Counted from the first letter of the whole stretch, positions 1-11,990 are shown. The stretch is 63,321 nucleotides of DNA, filler included, from Globobulimina sp. (GCA_003354225.1; 21 parts of 21 records of this genome joined end to end with filler, not necessarily neighbours in it); one strand, 5' to 3'. Numbers and translations: made by a program. Notes: a model not told the origin generated them from the sequence alone.

Positions 1-748
1 CATGTCTCGCGTCATATCTGTTAACGTTTCTCATTTGATTTCGCATATTTTGCGCATTTTTTTCTTCCATTTTTTGCAGCTCCAATGCCAATTTTTCATC
101 GTCATTTGTTGTTTTATATTCATGTTGCAATACCAATGCCAATTTATAATCATCAGCCGCGATTTCTGTGCGTTTCTGTTGATAAATTGTCTGTTTCTCC
201 GATGAATGTGGATCGAATGATGGATTCTTTGACTTACATACAGTACATTGATTGTTATTTATTGTTTGGATCAATGTACATTGGTTGCATTGCCATTCAT
301 TATTTTTATTTAATTTTTGTTTTAATTGATTGAATCTTTGCAGTAATTCATCATTTTGAGTGTTTAATGATTGAATTGTATCCAAATACGATTTCCGTTC
401 CAAATCTATGAATGGATTATCATTTTTATGCATATTTTGCGCATTCACGGATGTTGCGGGTTGTTTTGGCTTCTTTGTAATCACAATCTCCATCCATTCA
501 TCGTCAGCATCAGATTGATCTACGTTGTCTTCGATTTGTTGTACGTTGTTAGTGGATAATGAATACTTTTGTTTTTTTTGTTGTTGTTCAATGGTTTTAT
601 CAATGTGTTTATATGATTTTACATTTATTTGTTGAGCGACTTTTTGTGCTGATTTTGTAATCTTTTGCAAGAAATTTGAGTATTTAGGTTTGATCTCAAA
701 AGAACGAGTTTTATCGACTCCATGCTTCTGATCACAACTTTGAGCCAT
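1..748 (-). CDS. RanBP2-type zinc finger protein with MIU-like ubiquitin-binding helices (3' truncated by contig edge)
   Basis: Absent from the ORF track. Manual translation from ATG at 748 (MAQSCDQKHGVDK...) stays open to base 1. Contains WQCNQCTLIQTINNNQCTVCKSKNP, then DDYKLALVLQHE and DDEKLALELQKME. Confidence 0.75.
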   Translation of the reverse strand, partial: MAQSCDQKHGVDKTRSFEIKPKYSNFLQKITKSAQKVAQQINVKSYKHIDKTIEQQQKKQKYSLSTNNVQQIEDNVDQSDADDEWMEIVITKKPKQPATSVNAQNMHKNDNPFIDLERKSYLDTIQSLNTQNDELLQRFNQLKQKLNKNNEWQCNQCTLIQTINNNQCTVCKSKNPSFDPHSSEKQTIYQQKRTEIAADDYKLALVLQHEYKTTNDDEKLALELQKMEEKNAQNMRNQMRNVNRYDARH

Positions 749-801
749 TTTCAACTATAGTCAGTACTTCAGTACTTGTTTTTTTTTCATTATCATAGAG
801 A

Positions 802-2923
802 ATGGAAACAGAAGAAATTCGCGAACTACTCTCATCAACAGGGAGTGAATTATACACTCAAATTGGATTATATTTGTTCGATTTAGACTTTACATGCGAT
901 ATATTGGATGAGGAAGGTGACTTTGCAGATTTATTTGCGGAGGATGAGGATTGTCAACGTATTGGAATAGCCACAGACAACAAACCACTCAAAACCTTCA
1001 TAGTATCGCGTTCAGAACATATGATCAAAGATTATAGCACCAAGAATAAATCCAAATTACTATTATTAAAAGCACAGCAATTAAAAAACTCATTAAGTCT
1101 TCAAAACTCTGATGTATACAAGAAAATTGGTGTATTATTATTTGAATATCAAGTCAATTGTAGCGACATTCAGCAAGTGGATGACATTAAAATATTTCTA
1201 AACAAAGCTGATTTGATCAGAATGGGCTTAAAAAACGCAGCCAAACAAAAATTAGCATTTCGAAAAGTGTTACGAATCATCAGCGATGTACAAAAACTAC
1301 CGCAACCGCAAGAAAACTTAAATGATAATGAGGCACATCCGGATGAGGAGGATAATAAACAGCAAACTCCAATTCATGGCCAACCGCAAGCGGTGCCACA
1401 AAAAGCAGCAAAAAAAGACCCAAATCAGATATTGAAGCAAAGTTTGCAGACTGGCACTGTTTCTACACAGTCGTTTTGGTCTCATTTTTTCAAAAATGTT
1501 AAGTCATTTTCATGCGATTTTGCGTGATGCCAAACATCTGCAAATGAGAAAAACCATATTTTCGGTTTCAAACTGGAATCACCCGCAAAAAAGTATGGGT
1601 CAGTTTCAAACTGAAAGTGTAAAAATAAGCATATCCATACACATAAACAGCAAAAAAGAGTGAATTACGAGTCGTTGGCAAATGGCATCCAAACCATAAT
1701 GGGCTTACACAATGAGGTCAATCCAAGCAAGAATAGCGCAAAAAGACTGAGTTCCGCCTATATCCAATCCATTATTTTAAGCGTAATGTCGGTGGAGAAG
1801 GACAGTGAAAATGAGATTTCCTACACTTCATTCCATGAATATACAAATTTTTTCAACTCTGAAAATATCATCGAAACTTTTGAAACCACTCAGAATTCAT
1901 TTGAATTATTATTAGAAGCGGACAAAACCTCCAATTTCAAAGCCATCCAAATTAACAATTTCGAGGACATCCTGTTTAAAATCGATATTTACGGCAAATT
2001 GTTGTCCTCTAATTTCGAGAGTAATATTTGGAAATATATCATCAGCAATAAATTTATATCCTATTTGCCTGTATTGATCAAGTTATCATTCAAATTCCAA
2101 AAGGAATATAACAATAACTGCGGTGTTAAAATGTTAGAGTCTGAAATGTTTAACAATTGCAATCGGATGGCATCCATCATTGGGAATACTAAATCGTCGT
2201 TTTATTCGCTGTCAGAGTCGCAATTGATACATATTCTAAAGTTGGACTGCTTGGCCGTCAGTGAAGGCAAATTATTTTCTGCCATACAAAAATGGGCGGA
2301 AAAGGACCTAAAATCTGCATCCAAAAAAGGTAAAAAAATATCGGTTTCAAACTGAAATTACGACACATTTTTCAGTTTGAAACTGGCTTAAATAATTTTG
2401 AGACAATTTTCAGTTTGAAACTATGTTAAAATTTTCAATATACACAGGCAAAAAACCAGGATACAAATCATTGCAAGATAGAATGTCGATTTTTTTGCCA
2501 TATATCCGATTTCCATTAATGTCTATAAATTTTTTATTGGACAGCATATTGCCACAAAAAAATAAATTATTTCGCGATAAAGATGATTTTTTATATATCT
2601 TAATTTATAAAATAAATCTAACGCTCAATTCCTCCAAAAAGCAATTGACATTTGACCCAAATACGTTATGTTGCGACTATCAGCCACGAATATATCAAGG
2701 CGACAAAGAAAAGGACAACGACATGTCTTTAGACGTACAATTAATGAGATTATCGACGGAAAATAGCATATTGAAACAGAAAAACGATGAATTAAAGGAC
2801 AAAAACCATAAATTAAAGCACAGAGTGCAACGCGAGAAAGAAAGACGAAAAACTAGCGATGCAAAGCCGTACGCAAAAGATGCAAATAATTTAGGGCCCA
2901 ATGTTGGCATCGCGCAATTTAGC
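802..2923 (+). CDS. Multi-exon protein: tandem SAM-like repeats, BACK domain, coiled coil (introns about 1459-1650 and 2330-2447; 3' truncated)
   Basis: BACK motifs LSESQLIHILKLDCLAVSEGKLFSAIQKWAE and FLPYIRFPLMS. The GT..AG intron 2330-2447 joins ORFs 1660 and 2423 in frame. The N-terminal helical unit is duplicated (EDCQRIGI / ADLIRMGL). The first donor position is less certain. Confidence 0.65.
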
Positions 2924-3023
2924 NNNNNNNNNNNNNNNNNNNNNNNNNNNNNNNNNNNNNNNNNNNNTTAATTAATTAANNNNNNNNNNNNNNNNNNNNN
3001 NNNNNNNNNNNNNNNNNNNNNNN
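2924..3023. other. Artificial contig spacer (N-run + TTAATTAATTAA + N-run); 20 such spacers occur about every 3.02 kb
   Basis: The same linker, with stops in all frames, starts near 2924, 5947, 8969, 11991, 15012, 18033, 21053, 24073, 27093, 30113, 33133, 36153, 39173, 42193, 45212, 48231, 51250, 54268, 57286 and 60304. Confidence 0.99.
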
Positions 3024-5596
3024 CAAACAATAACGTTAGAATTGCGTGGTGATTGAATTTGCGTCATTTTAATGAAGATAATTTTTGATTTGTCATCCAT
3101 TTTTTTTTCGTTCTTTTTGTATGAGTTAATTTTAACCGCAGTAACTTTGAAATGTGAATGTGGCAGAAATAGCACTTCCTCCTCAGTACAAAATTTAGAC
3201 AATGGGGAGATATCTCTTCCGTCAATGGATGATATTTCAAACAATAAATGCGGTGGTTTTGCCATAGCAAATCCTATAGCTCTCGCCTGGCTCTTTGACG
3301 TTGCTGTTAACCGTCTAAATGATACAATATTTCCTGTTTTGTAACATGAAATATCTTTAACTCCAGCAATGCCGCGATACACTTTCTGTCCATAATAATA
3401 CGGCAATGATCGTAAAGCATACGATAAATAATATAAATATGGTTTCCATATTTGTAATTTGCTCATATCATTCGAGTCTAATGCTGCATTCACTGCTTTA
3501 TATAAAACGTTTGTGGTCCATAAATATACTGACAATAAACCAGCTTTTTGTATGTTAGCAAAATATTTTGGGTCCGACTTTTGACATTTTTCAATGATAT
3601 TATTTTGTTTTGCATACTTTAATGCCAATTTTAACTTTTTTTCATTTAATTCGTGATGTTCTTCAAATAAATATCGATCAAATCGTTTATTATCAATAAA
3701 TCTTTCACATACATCTGGCTGCGGTTGCTCTGCATTGACAAATGATGAAATCCACGAAGTAAACGAGCTATTACTGTCTTTTTCAGCCATTGCCATTACT
3801 TCATACGATTGTAACCAATTCATATATTGTAAGGAATTTCCACCCATTTTATTTTGAACCACATCAATAAAAGAATTTTCTGCAATTTTATACTCTTTTA
3901 ATAATTTCTCATCTTCCATATATTGCCCATGATATAAACAATGCGATGTTTGATATTGTCTTAATGTGGCAGTACATTCAAAGTTAAATAGCCACTTCGT
4001 GTAATCTTTGTGTACAACCACCTAATTAATTTGGTTCATATTTTGTATATACAAATTTACACAGATTGGCTATTTAATTTTTGAATAATTATTTTGTTAC
4101 CTTAGCAATGATAACACTGCAACTTTTTGTTCATCATTTTGTTTATTTTCCTCATTTTCTTTATTTTCCACAAACTCTTTTGCCATTATCGCTGAATATT
4201 CATTTTTTAACTTTTTAACATTCCAATTTAAATTGACGGACATTTTAATCGCAGTGTTTTCATCGAAAGGAATCATGGACAAAGTGATTGATGTGTTTTT
4301 GATCAGTTGTGATTCTGAAATATTCCTACATTTCTCAACAAATATCCTCATTCCATTATGATTCGCAACATTGCTATTTCTGGACACAACATCACCACTT
4401 GCACTCAGTAACATATTTTTATCAGAAATGCCACTTCTTTTCGATATCAATTTTCTAAGTTGAGCATAATTTAAATTTTCATTCAAATTCAAAACCATCT
4501 GTTTATCTTTGGAGAGTTGATACAGTCTAATCCTATATTTATATCCCTTTGTTTCTTTATTTGATTTAGATGAATATTGCAATGCTTTCTTAATACCATA
4601 TATCGGGGCATACAGAATACCGCCGGCCAACGCCAGCGGAACCCATATTGGTGCGAGTATTACACCGGCAACAATCAAAATACCTTCCCCACCACCACCG
4701 CCTCGTAATCGGAGGACTAAATGCAAAGTACTTTCAGGGATGATGTGATAATCAGGCAAAATTCTGCCATCTTCAAGTTGCCTACCAGCAAAAATCAACC
4801 TTTGTTGTTCTACCGGAATACCTTCCTTTGATGTAATGAAGTGCTTAACTCTTTGTATGGTATCATTCCATACAACATCGAATGTTAATGTTTTCCCAGT
4901 CAATGTTTTCACAAATATTTGCATTGTATTTGTAGCCATAGCATCTTGAATACGAAAAAAATCACCATCACAAATACAATATGCTTTGGCGGTATTATTC
5001 CAACACATATTATCCAGATATTGCTGACGATAAATTAGTAATAAACGACTTGATGATTTGAAAGCAGACACGATCGTAGGTTGTAGTGTTCGCAATGGCT
5101 CATTGGGATTGATATCTACATAAAATGGTTTCGCACTTGCGAAAATAAGACGAATTTTGATTTTTTTGTTTGGAGAATATACGAATAATTGCAAAATTGT
5201 TGAATCGTCCAGAAAACGGCTAATACGTTCTGCGTTGTGTAGAGCAAGAGAATTGCATGAATTTTGTGGTCTAATTTCTTGACAATCTGCTCGGTGCTTA
5301 TATTTTGTTTGGATGAGCTTTTTTAATTCAATGACAGTCATTGTTCCAGGCACATTAAATGTATATAATTCACTTTTATATGCAACTAATAGACTATTGT
5401 CGTTTGCTTTTAATTCATCTTTTTCTTGATCTGTTACTGTATTTTTTTGTTGGTCGTTTGAGTCATTGAATAATTGTTGTATCAATACATCATAATTATT
5501 ATCTGATTTATTTTCTGTGTGCGAGACAATGGTGTCTACCACAGGAATGTCATCACCATAATCTTTTGTAAAAAGGTCGATCTTTTCGTCTTCCAT
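3024..5596 (-). CDS. Poly-ubiquitin-like domain protein with C-terminal R-S-E (ARTC-type) ADP-ribosyltransferase; one intron at about 4022-4120; 3' truncated
   Basis: Ubiquitin [11 protein letters not shown]...[10 protein letters not shown] at 4697-4924, plus further Ubl-like units (one ends VVQNKMGG). ART motifs [34 protein letters not shown]. Acceptor TTAG at 4022; the donor position is ambiguous. Confidence 0.8.
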
Positions 5597-5651
5597 TTTA
5601 TATAATTAATAATTTACTCAAGATATTTCTTCGAAAAACCTTTGAAACAAC

Positions 5652-5946
5652 ATGTCACTTTTTTGTGTGATATATGTAGCAACAGTATTATCCATAGTTA
5701 CATCGACTGATGATTCTTCAGAATGTAAGTAACAAAAATTGTGTACATTTACGCAAGACAAATAAATAAATGAATTAATTTAATAATTGTCAGGTGGTCG
5801 TCATCGAAAAGCATGGCATTTATCAAGCGCAGAGGAACAAATGTTATATGTTCGCGGTTTCAAAGAATTACGCAATAACGGACAATTAGAGGTATTTATC
5901 GACGCCCATCATTTGGCAGATACTCCCATTTCATTTGCCGATGTTC
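5652..5946 (+). CDS. Secreted tyrosinase-like protein, N-terminal fragment (intron 5725-5793)
   Basis: Signal peptide MSLFCVIYVATVLSIV and a GTAAGT..CAG intron. The spliced sequence CGRHRKAWHLSSAEEQMLYVRGFKEL...FIDAH matches the tyrosinase N-terminal RKxWxxLSxEE pattern. Confidence 0.55.
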
Positions 5947-6046
5947 NNNNNNNNNNNNNNNNNNNNNNNNNNNNNNNNNNNNNNNNNNNNTTAATTAATT
6001 AANNNNNNNNNNNNNNNNNNNNNNNNNNNNNNNNNNNNNNNNNNNN

Positions 6047-8800
6047 TCACTTAAAAATAATTCAATCGGATTGACCCCAATCACTGTCAATTCATTCTCT
6101 TGTAAAAATTTTGACGGATTCTCTTCAATCAATGCTTGCGATTTACTCGGTTGCAATTGTATGACATTGGAATTTCTTTTTCTTCTCTTACTTGCCGGCT
6201 CATCCATAATTGCATCCGCTTCAAATTTACGTTTCTTTGCCTCCCACGCTGCGTTTTTAATAAATGGCAATACCTCATTTTCTATATTCTTTTTTTTATC
6301 ACTATTCACAGCTTCATTTAGTTTTTTTTGCTTTTCCTTTGCTTTCCTGTCTTTTTCTATTTGCATGGTAATTTTGCTCATTCTTTTTAATATTTGCTGT
6401 TGTTTCCATTTATTTTTTCCTTTCTCCGTCTTCCAAATATTGTCCATATAATTTGGGATTAATTCAACATTCAAATGGATGATAAAGTCAAACTCGTTTT
6501 TGTTGGCTTTGTAGATTCGCAAATATTGCTCATTTGAGTCCATGCATTTTAATAAATGATTCAATGACATCCTCGCAACACTGATCAATCGATTTAATGT
6601 TTGCAAATTCGGTTTGCTTTTGGTCCAAAACGAGTGCTGTTCCAATCCCAATACAATGACATACATTGCATGCAATCCGTTGTCATTCATGCGGCAATTT
6701 AACATTTGCGTTTTAAAGATATTATATTCGTACGCAATCGCTCCACTTTGCTGTTCTTTTTTATTCTGATCATAAATTCCTAGATCAATAACGTAGGGAT
6801 TCTCAATCCAGTCATAATTGGTTAATAAATATAAAAATCGCAATAAACCGCAATATGCAGATCTTGGACATTGATACGGATCGCAATTAACAAAGAGATC
6901 CGCCACCAACACATTGATTAAATTTATATCAATCAAATCTGAGAATAAATTGCAATTTAACCACTTTTTAACTAAACAAATTGTCGGCGAAAAATAGGAA
7001 TAATTTCGCGAAACTCCTTGCAAAATTCGGCCAATTTTGGGTAAGAATTTGAATTTATATTTATGAGGACGCATAAAATTGGGATGTTTATATAATGCAA
7101 ATTCGTGATCGCAAATAATAAATATTCGGAAATTAAAACCATGGATAATAACATCAATATATTTCTTAGCCAATAAACTTTTCACTTTGCACGTTTTAAA
7201 GGCGCGGTGCAATTGAATATAAAAAGCTATTTTCAAATTATTTATCGCTGAAATACTTGATTTGGGCCATAAATCATTGGCCTTTTTCTCAAATTTCATT
7301 CCAATTTCAATGATTTGCATATTATCAATCAGAGAGTAGGAGGAATCGCGCATATTTTTTTGTTTTGGTAATGTCATCCATGTATTACATAAATAGGGCG
7401 ATATCGGCACTAATTCGCGTAATTTTAATGGTATTCCCGTTCTTTCTTTGTTATAACAAATGTATCGCAACAATTTTTCTAACCGATAATAAGCTTTATT
7501 TAAGGATAAAATGTCGGTCTTATCGCCAATTTATTTACTATTCGCTAAAAATGAGGGCGTAATCGACCAAAATGGATCTAATATCAATGAAATGTCTCCG
7601 CGGCCAATATTTAAATCTAAATGTTGCTTAAATAAATGATGTAAAATAACTTTTATCACAGAAGACGGCGCTCTCTTTTTCTCGCTCTGTTTCTCGCTCT
7701 TAAATAGGTGCTGATATTTCAAACGAAAAAATTGATTATTTATATTGATGATATTTAATAATGTTCCATCGGTAAACCTTTTCATTTCAACCACGTTTCC
7801 ACCCCAAAATTGTTTAAATTTCTTCACTGCAAATTTTTCTTTATTTGGTGGCCCATAAATCAACTCTCGATACGGAAAGGTATGCATTGATAAACCGATA
7901 AATATCTCATTATTATTGTTATACTTCAACACAAATGACCGGCATCGATCACTTAAGCCTTCGATCAGTACATCTTCCAATTCATTCAATGCATATAACT
8001 CGCCATTGCCATTACAATTGTGCTTGAAAACGTTTTTCAATTTAATAAATCCATCAAAATACATAAAAAACTGCAAATTGTTTGGTGTCAACAGCGATTG
8101 CAAACATTTCTGATGAAAAGTCATAATTTGCGCCGTCACAATATCGAATTCAGCCGCATTTATCATGGATTTATAAGACCAATACTCCGGATTGGGCATA
8201 AACGGGATTTCCAGCAATAACGCGTTCAATGAATGCGATGCTTTCCTGGCTTGCCGAATAAAATACAAATAATTGCCTCGATTCACGCGGAACGTATAAT
8301 TGATGCGGCCGCTGATATTGGTGAAAAGCACTGGGAATAAGCGGTTGGACAATAGGCGGAGATAGATTTTATTTCTTTTGTCATCGATCCAGTCATCAAA
8401 CAGCACATCATCACTGTTGCTGGGGTACGCCTGCGAGATCCCTTTCTTTTTCGTCTTCCAGATATTGTACGAATAATGGATGTCAGCCACAGAGTCGCCG
8501 TCTTCTCCGCCGACGCTATAAATATTGGCGTTCGCTTTGCTGTCCTTCTCTGCGAAATCGATGCGTTTCGGATTGAATATGGAGGCGCGGTCTCGAGAGT
8601 TACTGATATTTGCCGTCAAAGACGTGAATAAATGCGAATCAGCAAAGGAAGGCGAACAGCTTTCGCGGCAAATCCGTTGCAAGGTAGTTGACCGGATAAT
8701 CGATGCGAAAATTGTCTGATGGATCCGAATCGCTGTACTCTAACTCGTACGAGCCACGCTTGGCCCCGAAAGATTCCAGCAGCGTATTCAACTGCACTCG
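6047..8800 (-). CDS. NOL6: Nucleolar protein 6 / Utp22 (Nrap family), partial
   Basis: Motifs PVLFTNISGRIN, FKQFWGGNVVEMKRFTDG, KIAFYIQL, IHGFNFRI, PTICLVKKWL, GLLRFLYLLTNYDW. The two ORFs share one frame and are separated by a single TAA at 7531-7533. Confidence 0.85.
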
Positions 8801-8817
8801 CGGCGAGGGCGGCAATC

Positions 8818-8841
8818 CCACGGTCTGGCGACCGTGGCTAC
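8818..8841 (-). repeat. Bacterial REP-like element (GTAG + perfect hairpin)
   Basis: Minus strand reads GTAG-CCACGGTC-GCCA-GACCGTGG, an 8-bp perfect stem about 25 nt downstream of a bacterial-type stop codon. Confidence 0.65.
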
Positions 8842-8866
8842 CCGAACAATATGGTTTGACAAAGGG

Positions 8867-8968
8867 TTAGGCCTTTCGGTAACGTCGCATGAAGGGGAAA
8901 AGGCCGACCACGCCGAGGATCATCAGGACGATCGCGCCCGGCTCGGGCACGGCGCTCAGACTGCCGCC
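8867..8968 (-). CDS. C-terminus of a bacterial PEP-CTERM sorting-signal protein
   Basis: Manual translation GGSLSAVPEPGAIVLMILGVVGLFPFMRRYRKA*: VPEP, a TM helix and a basic tail. GC-rich with G/C-ending codons, unlike the rest of the window. Confidence 0.9.
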   Translation of the reverse strand, partial: GGSLSAVPEPGAIVLMILGVVGLFPFMRRYRKA

Positions 8969-9068
8969 NNNNNNNNNNNNNNNNNNNNNNNNNNNNNNNN
9001 NNNNNNNNNNNNTTAATTAATTAANNNNNNNNNNNNNNNNNNNNNNNNNNNNNNNNNNNNNNNNNNNN

Positions 9069-9465
9069 TATATATAATAATTACAATATATATAAATGCA
9101 AATTAAATAGTAATGGATGGTGATTTTGGCGTTTACCTCAATAAAGGCTGTTTGACATTGTTTGTACCCGATGGATGTCCACTTATTATGCCGCCCACAG
9201 AATGATCAGACATACAACAACCCATTGTGTCGGTTTGCGGTGTGTTATATGTGTTTTATTGCATAAAAAAATGAATATAAAAATAGGATGGATATTTAGA
9301 CTGTATGTACAAAAAAAAATATTTTTAACCCAAAACCACCGTGGTGTTATATATATTTGTGGGGATTGTTCAGACAGATAATAACAACCTGTCTGGTGAT
9401 AACGCTTCACGTTCTCCGTTGTTTTCATAATCAATTTCATTTGTATTAGAAAAGCAACAGCCCAT
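9069..9465 (-). CDS. Two tandem gene starts with MGCC N-acylation motifs (ATG at 9465 and 9225)
   Basis: MGCCFSNTNEIDYENNGEREALSPD then a GT donor; MGCCMSDHSVGGIISGHPSGTKQCQTAFIE then a GTAAAC donor. Neither is in the ORF track. Confidence 0.45.
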
Positions 9466-9588
9466 AGTTTATTGTGTGCGTTGACTAGAATCTGAGTTAG
9501 AATGTTGGCACACTGAACACGCACGGATGGAGAGGGAGAAAAAGGTTTTACACTTCAGTTTCGAAATGTAGATTCTGAAAAAAAAAGA

Positions 9589-10014
9589 TTAAAAATAACT
9601 TCTACAGTTGGCTCCTATACTTGATATTGCATAGTTTGGTTCACTGCTACAGTCTAAACCAACATAATTATCATTTGAAGCCATACCAAAATACATTTCT
9701 GTTGCAACATTAATATCCAATGTCCATTTATGTATTGATTTCCATGTCGAAGAAATCCATAGTTTTCCGTATATTGTATGCCTGGCAAATGTACAATATT
9801 TTATATTGGTGACTGTCAATTTATCGTCTGATATTTTGAAACAATCAGGTCGTGCATTATTGAAAAATTCAGCCATATAGTAATACATTAGACATATTTG
9901 TCTGATTTCTTTTGGGAGATTTGTTGATTTGAATAGACATTCCAATGATTTTATATATCCAAACACTAAATCTATTGTTCGTTGATCACATGTTTGAAGA
10001 ACATGCGCTGACAT
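9589..10014 (-). CDS. Hypothetical protein: N-terminal header motif plus SPRY/B30.2-like beta region
   Basis: DQRTIDLVFGYIK...LPKEIRQICLMYYY, then FKISDDKLTVTN, HKWTLDI, MYFGM. Confidence 0.5.
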   Translation of the reverse strand: MSAHVLQTCDQRTIDLVFGYIKSLECLFKSTNLPKEIRQICLMYYYMAEFFNNARPDCFKISDDKLTVTNIKYCTFARHTIYGKLWISSTWKSIHKWTLDINVATEMYFGMASNDNYVGLDCSSEPNYAISSIGANCRSYF

Positions 10015-10102
10015 CCTAATTTCAAGATAGATTAAAACAGTCAGTTCTTTAAATAATGATAATTTGATTAAATACATTTACAAAAAAAATACACACATTC
10101 AA

Positions 10103-11680
10103 TCAAATTGTTACATGGAATTGTTTTGCATATTTTTGAATAAAAACTAACATTTCCGATATTCGTAGCCTATTTCGTTTATATTGATTATCATTTTGTT
10201 GTTTCATTTTTTTTATTTTCTCTTTTTCCTCACGATCTCGAATTAAATCTTCTAATCTGCCAATAAATGATATATGATTATCATGACTTAATGTAATTGA
10301 ATTATTAATGGCTTCTTTATCCATAACCATATTCCGCAATGGTTCATTTTCCGGCAATGGTTTAATTACACAATCAATACCATCACTTTTTATGGACTCT
10401 AAAATATCGGAGATTAAATTTACTAAAGTTTCATGATATTCATTTTCTGCATTTTGTATTTCAGCAAAATAAAATTCTGCATTGTTTAAATTTTCTTTCA
10501 TTAAATCTGTAACTTTATCTTCGTAAATATTTATTACAAAATTGATTTTTTCTACGCATTGCATTTCAGATTCCATTAAAATATCAGAAATTGATTTTAA
10601 TTTGCTTGATATTTCATTTTTACTCAATAAAACTAATTGTTTTAATTCATTCGTTTCAAATTCATTTATTATATCTATTGAATATATTTCTGATTCGCAT
10701 GACATTTTTTTTAATGTATTTTCCAATATTTTGTCTTGTTCAATTTTTTTATTATACACATCAACAACAGAATCAATGTATTTTTTTGTATGTTGCATGA
10801 TTTCATGTTTGTATTCATTTATTTTTGCATCAAATCCGGGTAAATTTTGTAATCGGAACATTTCTGAATCATCACATATCATATCATCAAATACATTATT
10901 TACCCCATCAATATTTGCATTTTGTAATAAATTATTCAAATTTTCTTCATTTTCTAGAAGTGTTTGTTGTTTATTAATTTCAGATTCTCTTTCTTCAATT
11001 TCCGATAATTGTATACGTTTTTCTATTTTACTGCTGATTATGTCTTCATTTTTAACTCTTTGATAATCTAAGAACTTTACATTTGGACAATAGGCAAATA
11101 AAGACACCTTAAAATCACTGTCATCATAAATTGGATTTCCTTTTAAATTCAATGCATACAAATTTTTAAACTGTCTTAAATATAACATGTTATCTTGGGT
11201 TGTTTTGATGCAGTTATTTCCTAAAGATAGTATTTCTAAATTTTTATTATTTTCTAAATTTTCTATTTTTTCAATGAAATTGTTTAATAAACATAAATCT
11301 TTGAGCTTTGTTAATTTATCCAAGCCCTCAATTTTAGAGATATTATTAAATGATAAATCTAACCATTCTAAATTTATTAAACTCTCTAAATTTTCCATAT
11401 TTTCGATTAAATTATTATCTAAACGCAATTTTGTTAAATTTTGTAAACCGCCCAAATAATCAATTTTATATAAATCTCGGAATGATAATGATAATTCATG
11501 TGTTTTCGTAAAATCAATTTCTTCATCTGAGTCATCCAATTTATTTTTCAAGCTTTTCTTATTGTTATTTCCAAACCTTTTATCGTTGTTGTTTTCGTCA
11601 TTGTTAGCCTCTAATTCTGATTGACGAGCTTCTTTGATACATTCAACAATTAACGCTTCATCAATTACGCGACGATTCAT
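10103..11680 (-). CDS. DRC3: Dynein regulatory complex subunit 3 (LRRC48)
   Basis: VIDEALI start, SDS22-like LRRs ([35 protein letters not shown]), LNLKGNP, a coiled-coil C-terminus, SHDNH and RNRLRISE. Confidence 0.85.
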   Translation of the reverse strand: MNRRVIDEALIVECIKEARQSELEANNDENNNDKRFGNNNKKSLKNKLDDSDEEIDFTKTHELSLSFRDLYKIDYLGGLQNLTKLRLDNNLIENMENLESLINLEWLDLSFNNISKIEGLDKLTKLKDLCLLNNFIEKIENLENNKNLEILSLGNNCIKTTQDNMLYLRQFKNLYALNLKGNPIYDDSDFKVSLFAYCPNVKFLDYQRVKNEDIISSKIEKRIQLSEIEERESEINKQQTLLENEENLNNLLQNANIDGVNNVFDDMICDDSEMFRLQNLPGFDAKINEYKHEIMQHTKKYIDSVVDVYNKKIEQDKILENTLKKMSCESEIYSIDIINEFETNELKQLVLLSKNEISSKLKSISDILMESEMQCVEKINFVINIYEDKVTDLMKENLNNAEFYFAEIQNAENEYHETLVNLISDILESIKSDGIDCVIKPLPENEPLRNMVMDKEAINNSITLSHDNHISFIGRLEDLIRDREEKEKIKKMKQQNDNQYKRNRLRISEMLVFIQKYAKQFHVTI

Positions 11681-11814
11681 TCTGTACTTGAAGCTTTTAG
11701 TTTTTAGTGTTGCAGTTTATTTTACTATTTTTTTTACTAAAAACTTAAAGATTGGATAATCCACACCATCCCCCCCTGGTTGATAAGTTGTATACATTTT
11801 TATATATAGAAAAG

Positions 11815-11990
11815 GGTGTGCTCTGTCTGCTCTTGTCTGGGGTGTGTTCTGTCTGCTCTTTTGTGTGGTGTGTGTTCTGAGCGTCATAAAGTGATTACAC
11901 ATATGTTTGAGTCAACCAATCAGAAAAAAATTATTTTTAGAGTTTAGGTTAGACGACACACACAAAAGCAGACAGAGCCCACACCACACA
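11815..11990. repeat. Short direct and inverted repeats (CTCTGTCTGCT.../AGCAGACAGAG) at the contig end
   Basis: TCTGTCTGCTCTT occurs twice at about 11822-11860, with a near reverse complement AAAAGCAGACAGAG at about 11964-11977. Confidence 0.45.

Noticed and set aside
7494-7538. Stop-codon reassignment (TAA=Gln) suggested by the in-frame TAA in NOL6 and the FGD gene
   Set aside because: Only one TAA per kilobases of CAA-rich coding sequence; conserved genes end at TAA/TAG; and a 45-nt GT-AG intron (7494-7538) removes the NOL6 stop in frame.
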